A stretch of 64,000 bases of DNA from Mobula hypostoma (taxonomy: Eukaryota). Numbering within the stretch: the stretch's first letter is position 1; each line of letters opens with the position of its first letter. Shown here piece by piece: positions 40,950 through 51,099 of the stretch. The translations under genes and the position numbers were made by a program. The stretch lies in assembly GCF_963921235.1 (NCBI RefSeq), contig NC_086097.1, positions 147,996,001 through 148,060,000 of the forward strand, read 5' to 3'. The notes beneath the pieces were generated by a model that had not been told where the DNA came from, did no database searches, and saw only the letters and a program-made list of their open reading frames with translations.

Positions 40950-43900
40950 CTAGCGGAAGTTAGAGAAGTCAATGTTCATGCCATCAGGTTGGAGGCTACC
41001 CAGACGGAATATAAGGTGTTGTTCCTCCAACCTGAGTGTGGCTTCATCTTTACAGTAGAGGAGGCCGTGGATAGACATGTCAGAATGGGAATGGGATGTG
41101 GAATTAAAATGTGTGGCCACTGGGAGATCCTGCTTTCTCTGGCGGACAGAGCGTAGATGTTCAGCAAAGCGGTCTCCCAGTCTGCGTCGGGTCTCACCAA
41201 TATATAAAAGGCCACATCGGGAGCACCGGACGCAGTATATCACCCCAGTCGACTCACAGGTGAAGTGATGCCTCACCTGGAAGGACTGTTTGGGGCCCTG
41301 AATGGTGGTAAGGGAAGAAGTGTAAGGGCATGTGTAGCACTTGTTCCGCTTACACGGATAAGTTCCAGGAGGGAGATCAGTGGGGAGGGATGGGGGGGAC
41401 GAATGGACAAGGGAGTTGTGTAGGGAGCGATCCCTGCGGAATGCAGAGAGAGGGCGGGAGGGAAAGATGTGCTTAGTGGTGGGATCCCGTTGGAGGTGGC
41501 GGAAGTTACGGAGAATAATATGTTGGACCCGGAGGCTGGTGGGGTGGTAGGTGAGGACCAGGGGAACCCTATTCCTAGTGGGGTGGCGGGAGGATGGAGT
41601 GAGAGCAGATGTACGTGAAATGGGGGAGATGCGTTTAAGAGCAGAGTTGATAGTGGAGGAAGGGAAGCCCCTTTCTTTAAAAAATGAAGACATCTCCCTC
41701 GTCCTAGAATGAAAAGACTTATCCTGAGAGCAGATGCGGCGGAGACGGAGGAATTGCGAAAAGGGGATGGCGTTTTTGCAAGAGACAGGGTGAGAAGAGG
41801 AATAGTCCAGATAGCTGTGAGAGTCAGTAGGCTTATAGTAGACATCAGTGGATAAGCTGTCTCCAGAGACAGAGACAGAAAGATCTAGAAAGGGGAGGGA
41901 GGTGTCGGAAATGGACCAGGTAAACTTGAGGGCAGGGTGAAAGTTGGAGGCAAAGTTAATAAAGTCAACGAGTTCTGCATGCGTGCAGGAAGCAGCGCCA
42001 ATGCAGTCGTCGATGTAGCGAAGGAAAAGTGGAGGACAGATACCAGAATAGGCTCGGAACATAGATTGTTCCACAAACCCAACAAAAAGGCAGGCATAGC
42101 TAGGACCCATACGGGTGCCCATAGCTACACCTTTAGTTTGGAGGAAATGGGAGGAGCAAAAGGAGAAATCATTAAGAGTAAGGACTAATTCCGCTAGACG
42201 GAGCAGAGTGGTGGTAGAGGGGAACTGATTAGGTCTGGAATCCAAAAAGAAGCGTAGAGCTTTGAGACCTTCCTGATGGGGGATGCAAGTATATAAGGAC
42301 TGGACATCCATGGTGAAAATAAAGCGGTGGGGGCCAGGGAACTTAAAATCATCGAAAAGTTTAAGAGCGTGAGAAGTGTCACGAACATAGGTCGGAAGGG
42401 ATTGAACAAGGGGTGATAAAACAGTGTCGAGGTATGCAGAAACGAGTTCGGTGGGGCAGGAGCAAGCTGAGACAATAGGTCGGCCAGGACAGGCAGGTTT
42501 GTGGATCTTGGGTAGGAGGTAGAAACGGGAAGTGCGGGGTGTGGGAACTATAAGGTTGGTAGCAGTGGATGGGAGATCCCCTGAGCGGATAAAGTCGTTG
42601 ATAGTGTGGGAGACAATGGCCTGGTGCTCCTTAGTGGGGTCACGATCGATGGTAAATAAGAGGAGGTATCCGCGAGTTGTCGCTGTGCCTCGGCAAGGTA
42701 GAGGTCAGTACGCCAGACTACAACAGCACCTCCCTTATCAGTGGGTTTAATAATAATGTTAAGATTAGTGCGGAGGGAGTGGAGAGCAGAGCGTTCTGAA
42801 GGAGTGAGGTTGGAATGGGGACAAGGTGCGGTGAAGTCGAGACTGTTGATGTCCCGTCGGCAGTTGGCAATAAAGAGATCCAGAGCAGGCAGAAGACCAG
42901 AGCGGGGTGTCCATGAAGAAGAGGAGGGTTGAAGACGGGAGAAGGGGTCATCGGTGGGGGTGGAAGAGTCCTTGCCGAAGAAGTAGGCTCGGAGACGGAG
43001 ACGGCGGAAGAAAAGTTCCGCATCGTGGCGAACACGGAACTCGCTGAGGTGTGGGCGAAGGGGGACAAACGTGAGGCCCTTACTGAGAACAGAGCGTTCT
43101 GCCTCCGACAGTTGATGGTCGGAGGGGATGGTAAAGACCCGGCACGGATGAGAGCTGGGATCAGAGGGGGGAGGGGGGAGGCTGGGGGTGTCAGTGGAGA
43201 GGGGAGGGTTGGGGTGAGAGAAAGATGGAGCCTCTGAGGGCCCAGGAGCTGACGGTGGGATCTGAGGAAGACGGGGCTGCGGAGTGGTGGTGGGGGAAGG
43301 GGAGACGGGAGTCACAACAGCAGCACATAAAGACCCGGCCTGGTGTTCAAGGCTGGAGTTGCAGTTGGTGGTTGCGTAATCACTTCGAATGTGTCCATGG
43401 TCGTTGCTGGAGTCCGGGTTTTGAATATGTCCTGAGGTGTTGGAGCCGCCGAGATCAATGGCAGGGGCCGCAATTGAAAGTTCATGCCTGCTAGCGTCGG
43501 GGCCGGCAGGCTCTGGAGTCCGTAGATGTAAGATCTTGCGATCTTTGCCTAACATGACAAAGTCAAAAAAATGGCGATTGCAGGCGTGAGTCCGACGGAG
43601 GATGAAATAACGGGTAGGACCATTACAGACGGCGAAGAAAGTGTCCCGAAGGTGTGGAAGGGTCTGGGATAGGGACACCAAGTACCTCCTCATGGCGGAG
43701 AGCGTCGCCTTCAGAGCTTGACGGGAGAAGCGGCGAGAGGCAGAGTCAATAAAATGTGAGTACCTGGGATCCTCAGAAGGTCCAAATTGAGAGGCTTGGA
43801 AACGAATCCTAAAGCCAACTGGAGTAAGTTGGTGACGGAGGCACGTTCCAAGAAAGGATACATGGCTGTGATAGCGAGTTTGAGTCAAAGTGTGGTCGAA

Positions 43901-43999
43901 AAGTTGAAGAGCCGAAGAAATTACAGATGGGGAGCAGTGAGAGATGGTTTCACTGAACTCCCGTCGAAGAGAGGATCTAAACTTCTTCGGTGTAGGCAT
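40950..43999 (-). pseudogene. PLE polyprotein: N-terminal domain, reverse transcriptase, Cys linker and GIY-YIG endonuclease; about 1016 aa if one frameshift near 42650 is repaired
   Basis: ATG at 43999 (MPTPKKF), LSKGLTFVP, IIKPTDKGGAVVV. After the frameshift I translated an open frame DRDPTKEH...FYLLPKIHK...GRPIVS...FTMDVQSLYT, continuing GVAMGT, FLRYIDD, LPFLD, CKRNKCYTC, GVIYCVRCSRCGLLYIGET, RFAEH. Confidence 0.93.
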
Positions 44000-44133
44000 C
44001 ACCGGAAGAGGCTTCGCAGTAGTGAATTTAAACGCAAACAACAGGAATTCTGCAGATGCTGGAAATTCAAGCAACACACATCAAAGTTGCTGGTGAACGC
44101 AGCAGGCCAAGCAGCATCTATAGGAAGAGGCGC

Positions 44134-44169
44134 AGTTGACGTTTCAGGCCGAGACCCTTCGTCAGGACT
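44134..44169 (-). ncRNA. Minimal type I hammerhead ribozyme in the PLE 5' repeat (intact core, one stem I mismatch)
   Basis: Minus strand AGTC-CTGACGA-AGGGTCTCGGCCT-GAAAC-GTC-AACT; predicted cleavage after the C at 44138. Confidence 0.8.
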
Positions 44170-44429
44170 AACTGAAGGAAGAGTGAGTAACAGGTTAATA
44201 GGTTAATTGGTCGTTGTCAGTTGTCCCGTGATTAGGCTATGGTTAAAACAAGTGTTGCGTGGCAATGCGACTCAAAGGCCAGAACAGCCAATTTTGCACT
44301 GTATCTCAATAAATTAAGAAAATTATAAAGCCTCAGCATTACATTATTGCTCTTATATTTTGGTCCTCTCAAAATGAATGCTAACATAGTTTGTAACTTG
44401 CAACATGTTGCCCATTATCATTCTATATA

Positions 44430-45037
44430 TAGTGATTCCAGTTAATTGGAACATACCAGGCCCAATTAAGTTACTGCCGCAATTAGCCAAAAGTTTCATA
44501 GAAATAGTTAAAAACTCATATAAAAAGACAAACTACTATTTAACAATGTAACAAATTATCTATTTAAATGAAATTCAGTATAAATTAGAACACTATCAAT
44601 GCTACTACTGTACCATAAATTTGTGTACTAGTTCCTAATAGTTATCAATAGAGAAATTTATCCATTGTACACTGGTCAGTTCTTTTGATTGACTGTAAAT
44701 GAACAAAATCAACATTGATTCCCCATGTAGATAATGGACCGCCATCATCAGAAACTTCTGTTTTCCTTGTAACATTCAAGATGATTGTTGATACCTTCAA
44801 ATCCTTCATAGTTCATAACTTGTTGAAGTAGTAATACTATTTCACATTCACTCCTGGACATTTCTGGCTTCTCCAAAACAGAATACTTAAAACTGCAGTG
44901 AACAAAACAGTTCTGAATTGTCTTTCTGCTAGTTAGAAACTGTTTGGCAATAGTCTCCAGCCCCAGTTTATCAGTCTTGTGTCCCAAATAAGCAGCTGCC
45001 CCAACTAACTAATGGCTCAATTAACCAGAATCACTGT
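44430..45037. mobile_element. Second, internally deleted copy of the Tigger/pogo-like element
   Basis: Ends tagtgattccagttaattgg / caattaaccagaatcactg; internal similarity to 17755-18040 and 20860-21299. Confidence 0.75.
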
Positions 45038-45861
45038 CTAAACATTTAAATTGGTCAAAGTAGATTTTAGCCTTTGATCCGTTGACTGTTATCCCACAAT
45101 GAACCTCTAGCAGCTACCATTAACCATGATGCTAACTCAAATCCTTAACCATACTACTTCCTTATACTTAAAGATTTATTATTTTTACATTACCTATTTA
45201 GATTTTCAATTGTCATTTATACAGAGGTTTTCATTCTGCTATGGATCAGCCATCTGAACACCTTGATCAGAATCCAGCTTATTATACTTACTTCCAGAGT
45301 TTCAATTATTCTATACATAAACTATCTGACATTCTCAATTATATTCTAGCTTGTAATGAGCATCCAAGTGTTCAATATTCTAGTTATAAACAACCTCAAT
45401 TACTTATTTAAATTTTAGTGTGTAACTCATTCATAGATGTCTATTTTAATAGAAAGCATCCCATAATTCCTAGCTGTTGCTGCTCATTGATTTCTAGAAT
45501 TTTTTTTCATTCCCTTTTAATGGAAACACTTCTGTTTTTAACCCCTACTGATTTTAAGCTTACTATAAATTAGAAGTGGCCCCAGCAGAAAACCGCCGGA
45601 GTTTTTTTTTTAAAAAGCAACAAGTTGTTCTTGTGAAACTGGAAAAATTTAATTAACAGTTCTCACTGTGCTAGGTGAACCCCACTATTCAGCATTTGTG
45701 ATGATTTATGATCTCTAAGGTGACTGTCAGTTTTTATGGGCTGAATTGATCCTGCAGGAGTTTGATATCTGAAATTGAGAACATAGAAAAGTAATGGAGC
45801 AAGACACATCAAAGTTGCTGGTGAACGCAGCAGGCCAGGCAGCATCTATAGGAAGAGGTAC

Positions 45862-45897
45862 AGTCGACGTTTCAGGCCGAGACCCTTCGTCAGGACT
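45862..45897 (-). ncRNA. Minimal type I hammerhead ribozyme, intact core
   Basis: Minus strand AGTC-CTGACGA-AGGGTCTCGGCCT-GAAAC-GTC-GACT. Confidence 0.85.
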
Positions 45898-47398
45898 AAC
45901 TGAAAGAAGAGCTAGTAAGAGATTTGAAAGTGGGAGGGGGAAGGGGAGATCCAAAATGATAGGAGAAGACAGGAGGGGCAGGGATGGAGCCAAGAGCTGG
46001 ACAGTTGATTGGCAAAAGGGATATGAGAGGATCATGGGACAGGAGGCCTAAGGAGAAAGAAAAGGGGGAGGGGGGGAAACCCAGAGGATGGGCAAGAGGT
46101 ATGTTGAGAGGGACAGAGGAAGAAAAAGGAGAGAGAAAAAAAGAATGTAGTCTGGATGTAGGGTGTAAGTTGAATCAAGAGTTAAAATTGGCATGTCGCA
46201 AAGGTAATGCTACAGTTGTTATGGGGGATTTCAAAATGCAGATAGACTGGAGGAATCAAGTTGGTACTGGACCCCAAGAAAGGGAGTTTGTGGAGTCCCT
46301 CCGAGATGGATTCTTAAAACAGCTTGTACTGGAGCCTACCAGAGAGAACGCAATTCTAGATTTAGTGTTGTGCAATGAACCAGATTTGATCAGGGACCTT
46401 GAGGTAAAGGAGGTAGTGACCATAATATGGTAAGTTTTAATCTACAATTTGAGAGGGAGAAGGGAAACTCGGAAGTGTCAGTATTACAGTTGAACAAAGG
46501 GAACTATGGTGCTATGAGGGAGGAGCTGGCCAACGTTCAATGGAACAATGCCCTAGCAGGGATGACAGTGGAGAACAGCAATGGCAAGTGTTTCTGGGAA
46601 TAATGCGGAAGGTGCAGGATCAATTCATTCCAAAGAGGAAGAAAGATCCTAAGGGGAGTAAGGGGAGGCCGTGGCTGACAAGGGAAGTAATGGACAGTAT
46701 AAAATAAAAGAGAGGAAGTATATTATAGCAACGATGAGTGGGACACCGGAGTATTGGGAAACTTTTAAAGAGCAACAGAAGGTAACTAAAAAGGCAAAAC
46801 GCGGAGAAAAAATGAGGTACGAAGGTAAACTAGCCAATAATATAAAGGAGGATAGTAAAAGCTTCTTTAGGTATGTGAAAAGGAAAAAAACAGTTAGGCC
46901 CAAAATTAGGCCCTTGAAGACAGAAACGGGTGAATTTATTATGGGGAACAAGGAAATGGCAGACGAGTTGATCAGGTACTTTTAGGGAAGACACAGACAA
47001 TCTCCCAGATATAATAGTGGCCAAAGGACCTAGGGTAATGGATGAACTGAAGGAAATTTATATTAGGCAGGAAATGGTGTTGGATAGACTGTTGAGTCTG
47101 AAGGCTGGTATTCCGTTTGGGTATCCTCCAACCTGATGACATGAACATTGACTTCTCAAACTTCCGCTAATGCCCCACCTCCGCCTCGTACCCCATCCGT
47201 TAGTTATTTATATACCCACATTCTTGTTCTCTCTCTCCTTTTTCTCCCTAGGTCTCCTGTCCCATGATCCTCTCATATCCCTTTTGCCAATCACCTGTCC
47301 AGCTCTTGGCTCCATCCCTCCCCCTCCTGTCTTCTCCTATCATTTTGGATCTCCCCCCCCTCCCACTTTCAAATCTCTTACTAGCTCTTCTTTCGGTT

Positions 47399-47434
47399 GG
47401 TCGTGACGAAGGGTCTCAGCCCGAAACGTCAACT
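47399..47434 (+). ncRNA. Minimal hammerhead motif, core mutated (CUGA to GUGA)
   Basis: ggtc-GTGACGA-agggtctcagccc-GAAAC-GTC-aact. Confidence 0.6.
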
Positions 47435-48357
47435 GTACCTCTTCCTAGAGATGCTGCCTGGCCTGCTGCGTTCACCAGCAGCTTTTATGTGTGTTGCTTG
47501 AAATTCCAGCATCTGCAGATTTCCTCGTGTTTGTGAAAAGTAATGGACTCCACTGTGAAATTCCACTTTTGTAATCATCTAATATTTAGGATGGCAAAAC
47601 ATTCTTTAACCAGGCTTGCGCTTCCAAATTTGTCTAATCATTCTCAGCAGTGTATTGTTTCAGTCATTTCTTCAAAGCCCACAGAGCACAAAAAAATAGG
47701 AATAAAGCACAATTGCTGCTCAAATCTGCCCATTGAACCTCACATCATGACTAACAGTATCAAGTTGGCCTGCAGGCTTCAGGCTCAGAGATGTCTGCAA
47801 CTGTTTTACTTTTACAATATACTGCCACCTATCAATGATCTGTGGAAGGAAGTATATTGGTTCTATGCATTTTGAGAATCACTAAGATCCCCCAGCCTAA
47901 ATTGGCAGCCATGTTTCCATGTTGTCGGGCCCTTGGAAGGAGCAAATCAACTCTTGCATTTGTTTTTTATTCACAGTCTCTATTGCCTCCAGTTTTGATC
48001 TCTAAAGTTTACTCCCAGTTTGATGTATTTCTCTCTTCTTCTCGATATCATTTTTTAGCATCTTCTTGACATCTTAAAATTGTCAGTTTTGTTGTGGTTC
48101 TTTTGAGTTAATTGACTTAAAGCCCAATAGTTTAAATTGTAATTATCTGGAAATCAACCTACTAAATGCAGGGTTTTGCTAGGAAAGAATACAGAGGAAG
48201 GGAATTTGTGCAATGTTTTGCATTCTGCTTTTGTATGTTTGCTGACAGAACGTCAGGAATTTATCCTCCAAATGTGAAGGCACTCCTTTATGAGTTTTGG
48301 ATATATATGAATAATCTCAAGACTATTTTATGACATGTAACAAATAATCTTTTTCAG

Positions 48358-48551
48358 TGCAAGAAGAAGCACACACTCATCTGTCCAGAATTCTCCAAGA
48401 CTGGGAACTGCACACAGGGCTCCAAATGCAAACTGCAGCACAGACAGCAAAAAAGCCATAAGCAAAAGCATGCTTTTGAAGCAACTCAGGGTGGAACAAC
48501 AGATGAGGGCACAGTTTCAAAGCGGGTCATGCTTGCAGGCAATACAGAAAG
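48358..48551 (+). CDS. ZC3H3: ZC3H3 coding exon (completes the split CCCH finger, encodes the last CCCH finger and a linker)
   Basis: Acceptor ctttttcag ends at 48357; phase 0 join to the previous exon gives ...PLGAK|CKKKHTLICPEFSKTGNCTQGSKCKLQHRQQKSHKQKHAFEATQGGTTDEGTVSKRVMLAGNTE. Matches ZC3H3 CKKKHTLLCPDF..G.C..G..C.L.H. Donor AG|GTAATG at 48551/48552 (phase 2). Confidence 0.93.
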
Positions 48552-49451
48552 GTAATGCATGGTCATCACTATGGAAGTTTGACAGAAAATTTACATTTAT
48601 TGGTAATATGACACTATAATTTCTTGATATATGAAAGGTGTGAATTCTGGAAAATATTTCATTATGAATTAAATTCAGTTCAATTAAATAAAATTTTGTA
48701 AACTGTAAAGGCTGAATGAGAGGCATTAAGTGTTTTTCTGTACAATGTGTTCCTATGTGCAGAGTGTGGTGTGATGTTTGTTACAGTGAAAGAACACTTC
48801 ATGAATTAAAAATGGATATCTAAAGAGTCAGCAATGTCACAGTAAAAATTACTAAATCAAATTTTGTACAATAAGGTATTACAGTACTTTAAAGAAAATT
48901 ATACCTGCACATCCAGTGTGGTTAATAGTGCTTTTTTTGCGATAGAGTCACAGGGACCAAGAAAGTCTTTGGCTATGGTAAATTAATTGATGTTAGCTGA
49001 GATGGCAATTGTTTTGCCTCGATTTGTCAGCTGGCTCCTTGAGCCAGAAAGATGTAAAAGAACAAACAGGATTTCAGTTTCTGGCCATCAAATAATCAAT
49101 GCTGACAAGTGTGTGAGCATTAGTTAAGTCTAAACTTGGCCAAGTTGTCCTCAAATACATCTCAAATATCAGTGTTTAATGGTGAAGTTGCATGTTTTGT
49201 TTATGTATACTTGACCTTTGACTGAATTCTGGTACATTGCAGAGTAATATAGGAAGAGAACAACCTAAGATCATTGGACCTTGAAGCCATCATCTCATTG
49301 ATTGTGTATGGATCAAATGATCCTGTACGTGGGATCATATAATAATTATGTGGCATCCAAAAAGTGTTATACTTAAAATGAAATTAAATGCTTGCTTGTG
49401 TCAGTTTTTTTGGGATTTCTTTGGGAACATTATTTTCTCAATCTTTTACAG

Positions 49452-49645
49452 AGACAAAGGGGTGTCAAGACGAGTGAATTCAATGGGAAGAACTGTTTCT
49501 TCATCTGACTCCAGGGAAGTTAGTAGTTGTAGCAGCAGTAGCAGCCAACATGGACTTCCAGCATTTATTGCTCTTCACTCATCTGTATCTTCAGAAGAGA
49601 AGGTAGATTCTGAAGCGGAAGAAGAGAAAGAAAGTGAAGCTTTAG
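49452..49645 (+). CDS. ZC3H3: ZC3H3 coding exon (Ser-rich C-terminal region with LPAFIAL motif)
   Basis: Acceptor atcttttacag ends at 49451; phase 2 join (AG+A=Arg) continues DKGVSRRVNSMGRTVSSSDSREVSSCSSSSSQHGLPAFIALHSSVSSEEKVDSEAEEEKESEAL. LPAFIAL corresponds to ZC3H3 LPSFISL. Donor TTAG|GTATGT at 49645/49646. Lies within ORF 49348..49692. Confidence 0.85.
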
Positions 49646-50689
49646 GTATGTATTGTAAAGATGTTGACATAGAAGCCAACAGTTTTTTTTAATCATGCCA
49701 CAATATCAGTTCTGTTAATAGTAGGTTTGTATTGGTTCTGTTGCTCACACACTCTTCCTTCCAAGCATAGAACATTGTAGCATCCAATAGCAAGCCTGAT
49801 TACCTATTAATGTTGGGTTACTGGGAACATTTTAACTCAGTCAGCTCAGCACAGTTCAATTCTAGAACTTTGTAGTTCTTATAATATCAGCTCCTGGCAC
49901 CTCTTACTAAACCAGACAGCTCATGCATTTGATGTCACACTCATGTTTGAAATGAGCTTCCAACCGTGAATCCAAGCCATCACCAATGCTACCTGTTTCT
50001 AGCTGATTTGTTGAAACCTTATTCCATGCCAGTGTTATCCCTGGACTCAATTGTTCCAACACAGTCATTTTTCCCTTTCCATAAATTTAAGGTACATGTC
50101 CTGACTTGTGTTATGTTCTGTGCTCATGGACTTGGATTGTTCCTGGGTATGCAACACCTCAAATCTCTCCATAACCTTTGTAATCTTTTCTCTTTCTGAG
50201 ACCCTCCGCAATATCTGCTGTCTTTTAGTTCTGGCCTTTTCTGCATCCCAGATAGTCACTCTTCACATATAACTGGCATCAGGTCAGCAAATTATGGGAA
50301 AGTTATGATTGCTCAGAAGCAGGTGCAGAGGTGTTTTACATGGACACTGCCCGGACTGGAATACTTGACTTTCACCCCTGAAGTGCGTCTTTACATCATT
50401 CTTGTTAACATCCCTATAAATTATTCTCTGTAATCTAACAGAATTTGATCTGCCGAAGTGTATTACCTCACACATGCCTCACTGCTCTACCCATCTTTCC
50501 AGCTGGCCAATGTCTAAATAAACTTCTTCATTACTTCCCACTCGAACAGTTGAAAACTTGCAAATCATACACCCTATATTTTCATTCTAAGTCATTTATG
50601 TATATTACAAGCAAAGAAGCTCCCAGTACCGATCCTTGTGGTATATTCTGAGCCCTGTTGCAAACCGGATACCGGAAGTCATGGCCTAT

Positions 50690-51040
50690 AGGCTGGAGCC
50701 GAGTCTATAAATCTCTGTGAGTCTGCAGGGGAAGTTGAACCCATTGCCCAAGTCCTTGGAAGGCCGAAGAAGATGGCCTCTCCTAGCATTAGAAGACTAT
50801 CTACCTGGGTGGGAGGGAGGACTGGGGCTTGTTTTACTATTGTTGTTTTGTTGCTTATTGTGTTCTGTGTTGCTTTGTTGAACATCGTGGGTATGCTCTG
50901 TTTTGGCGCTAGAATATGTGGTGACACTTACAAGGTGTCTCCAGTACACACTCGTGTATTGGTTGTTAATTCAAACAACACATTTCACTGTATGTTTCTA
51001 TGTACATGCGAAAAATAAACTTGAACCTTAAATCTTGAAA
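50690..51040 (+). mobile_element. Unclassified non-autonomous retroposon fragment with a LINE-like tail
   Basis: TG-rich body shared with 37245-37380 (inverted); ends aataaacttgaaccttaaatcttgaa. Confidence 0.5.
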
Positions 51041-51099
51041 AGGCAAAGATGCATTAAGGATAATTAGTTGGTTTTGTTAAAATAATATCGTGCCCGATT

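Larger units (their letters stand above)
40533..44190 (-). mobile_element. Near-intact Penelope-like retroelement (Neptune-type) with partial-tandem terminal repeats
   Basis: Perfect 16-bp TSD CAGGTTAATAGGTTAA (40517-40532, 44191-44206); about 150-bp direct repeat 44039-44190 vs 40533-40684 with 2 mismatches; RT and GIY-YIG ORF. Confidence 0.96.
40361..44315 (+). mobile_element. V-SINE (tRNA-derived), split by the PLE insertion; itself inside a minus-strand CR1 fragment
   Basis: Head with A/B-box-like tggtagcactatggttag and gagttcaattcc; V-domain motif GGTTTCCTCCCACAGTCCAAAAACATGCAGGTTA at about 40490-40523; resumes at 44207 and ends ...ctgtatctcaataaat. Confidence 0.8.
45799..47534 (+). mobile_element. 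Composite insertion: inverted PLE end, CR1 ORF2 fragment, PLE 3' end
   Basis: Perfect 13-bp direct repeat GAAAAGTAATGGA at 45786-45798 and 47535-47547. PLE(-) 45799-46148, CR1(+) about 46149-47107 (VVMGDF, AILDLVLCNEP, DSKSFFRYVK), PLE(+) about 47109-47534. Confidence 0.88.

Noticed and set aside
40533..44190. Bacterial retron, group II intron or other prokaryotic RT system
   Set aside because: RT plus C-terminal GIY-YIG, terminal repeats, TSD and a spliceosomal intron context identify a eukaryotic PLE.
49348..49692. 114-aa ORF as a stand-alone gene
   Set aside because: Only 49452-49645 is bounded by splice sites and in phase with ZC3H3; the rest is intronic read-through.
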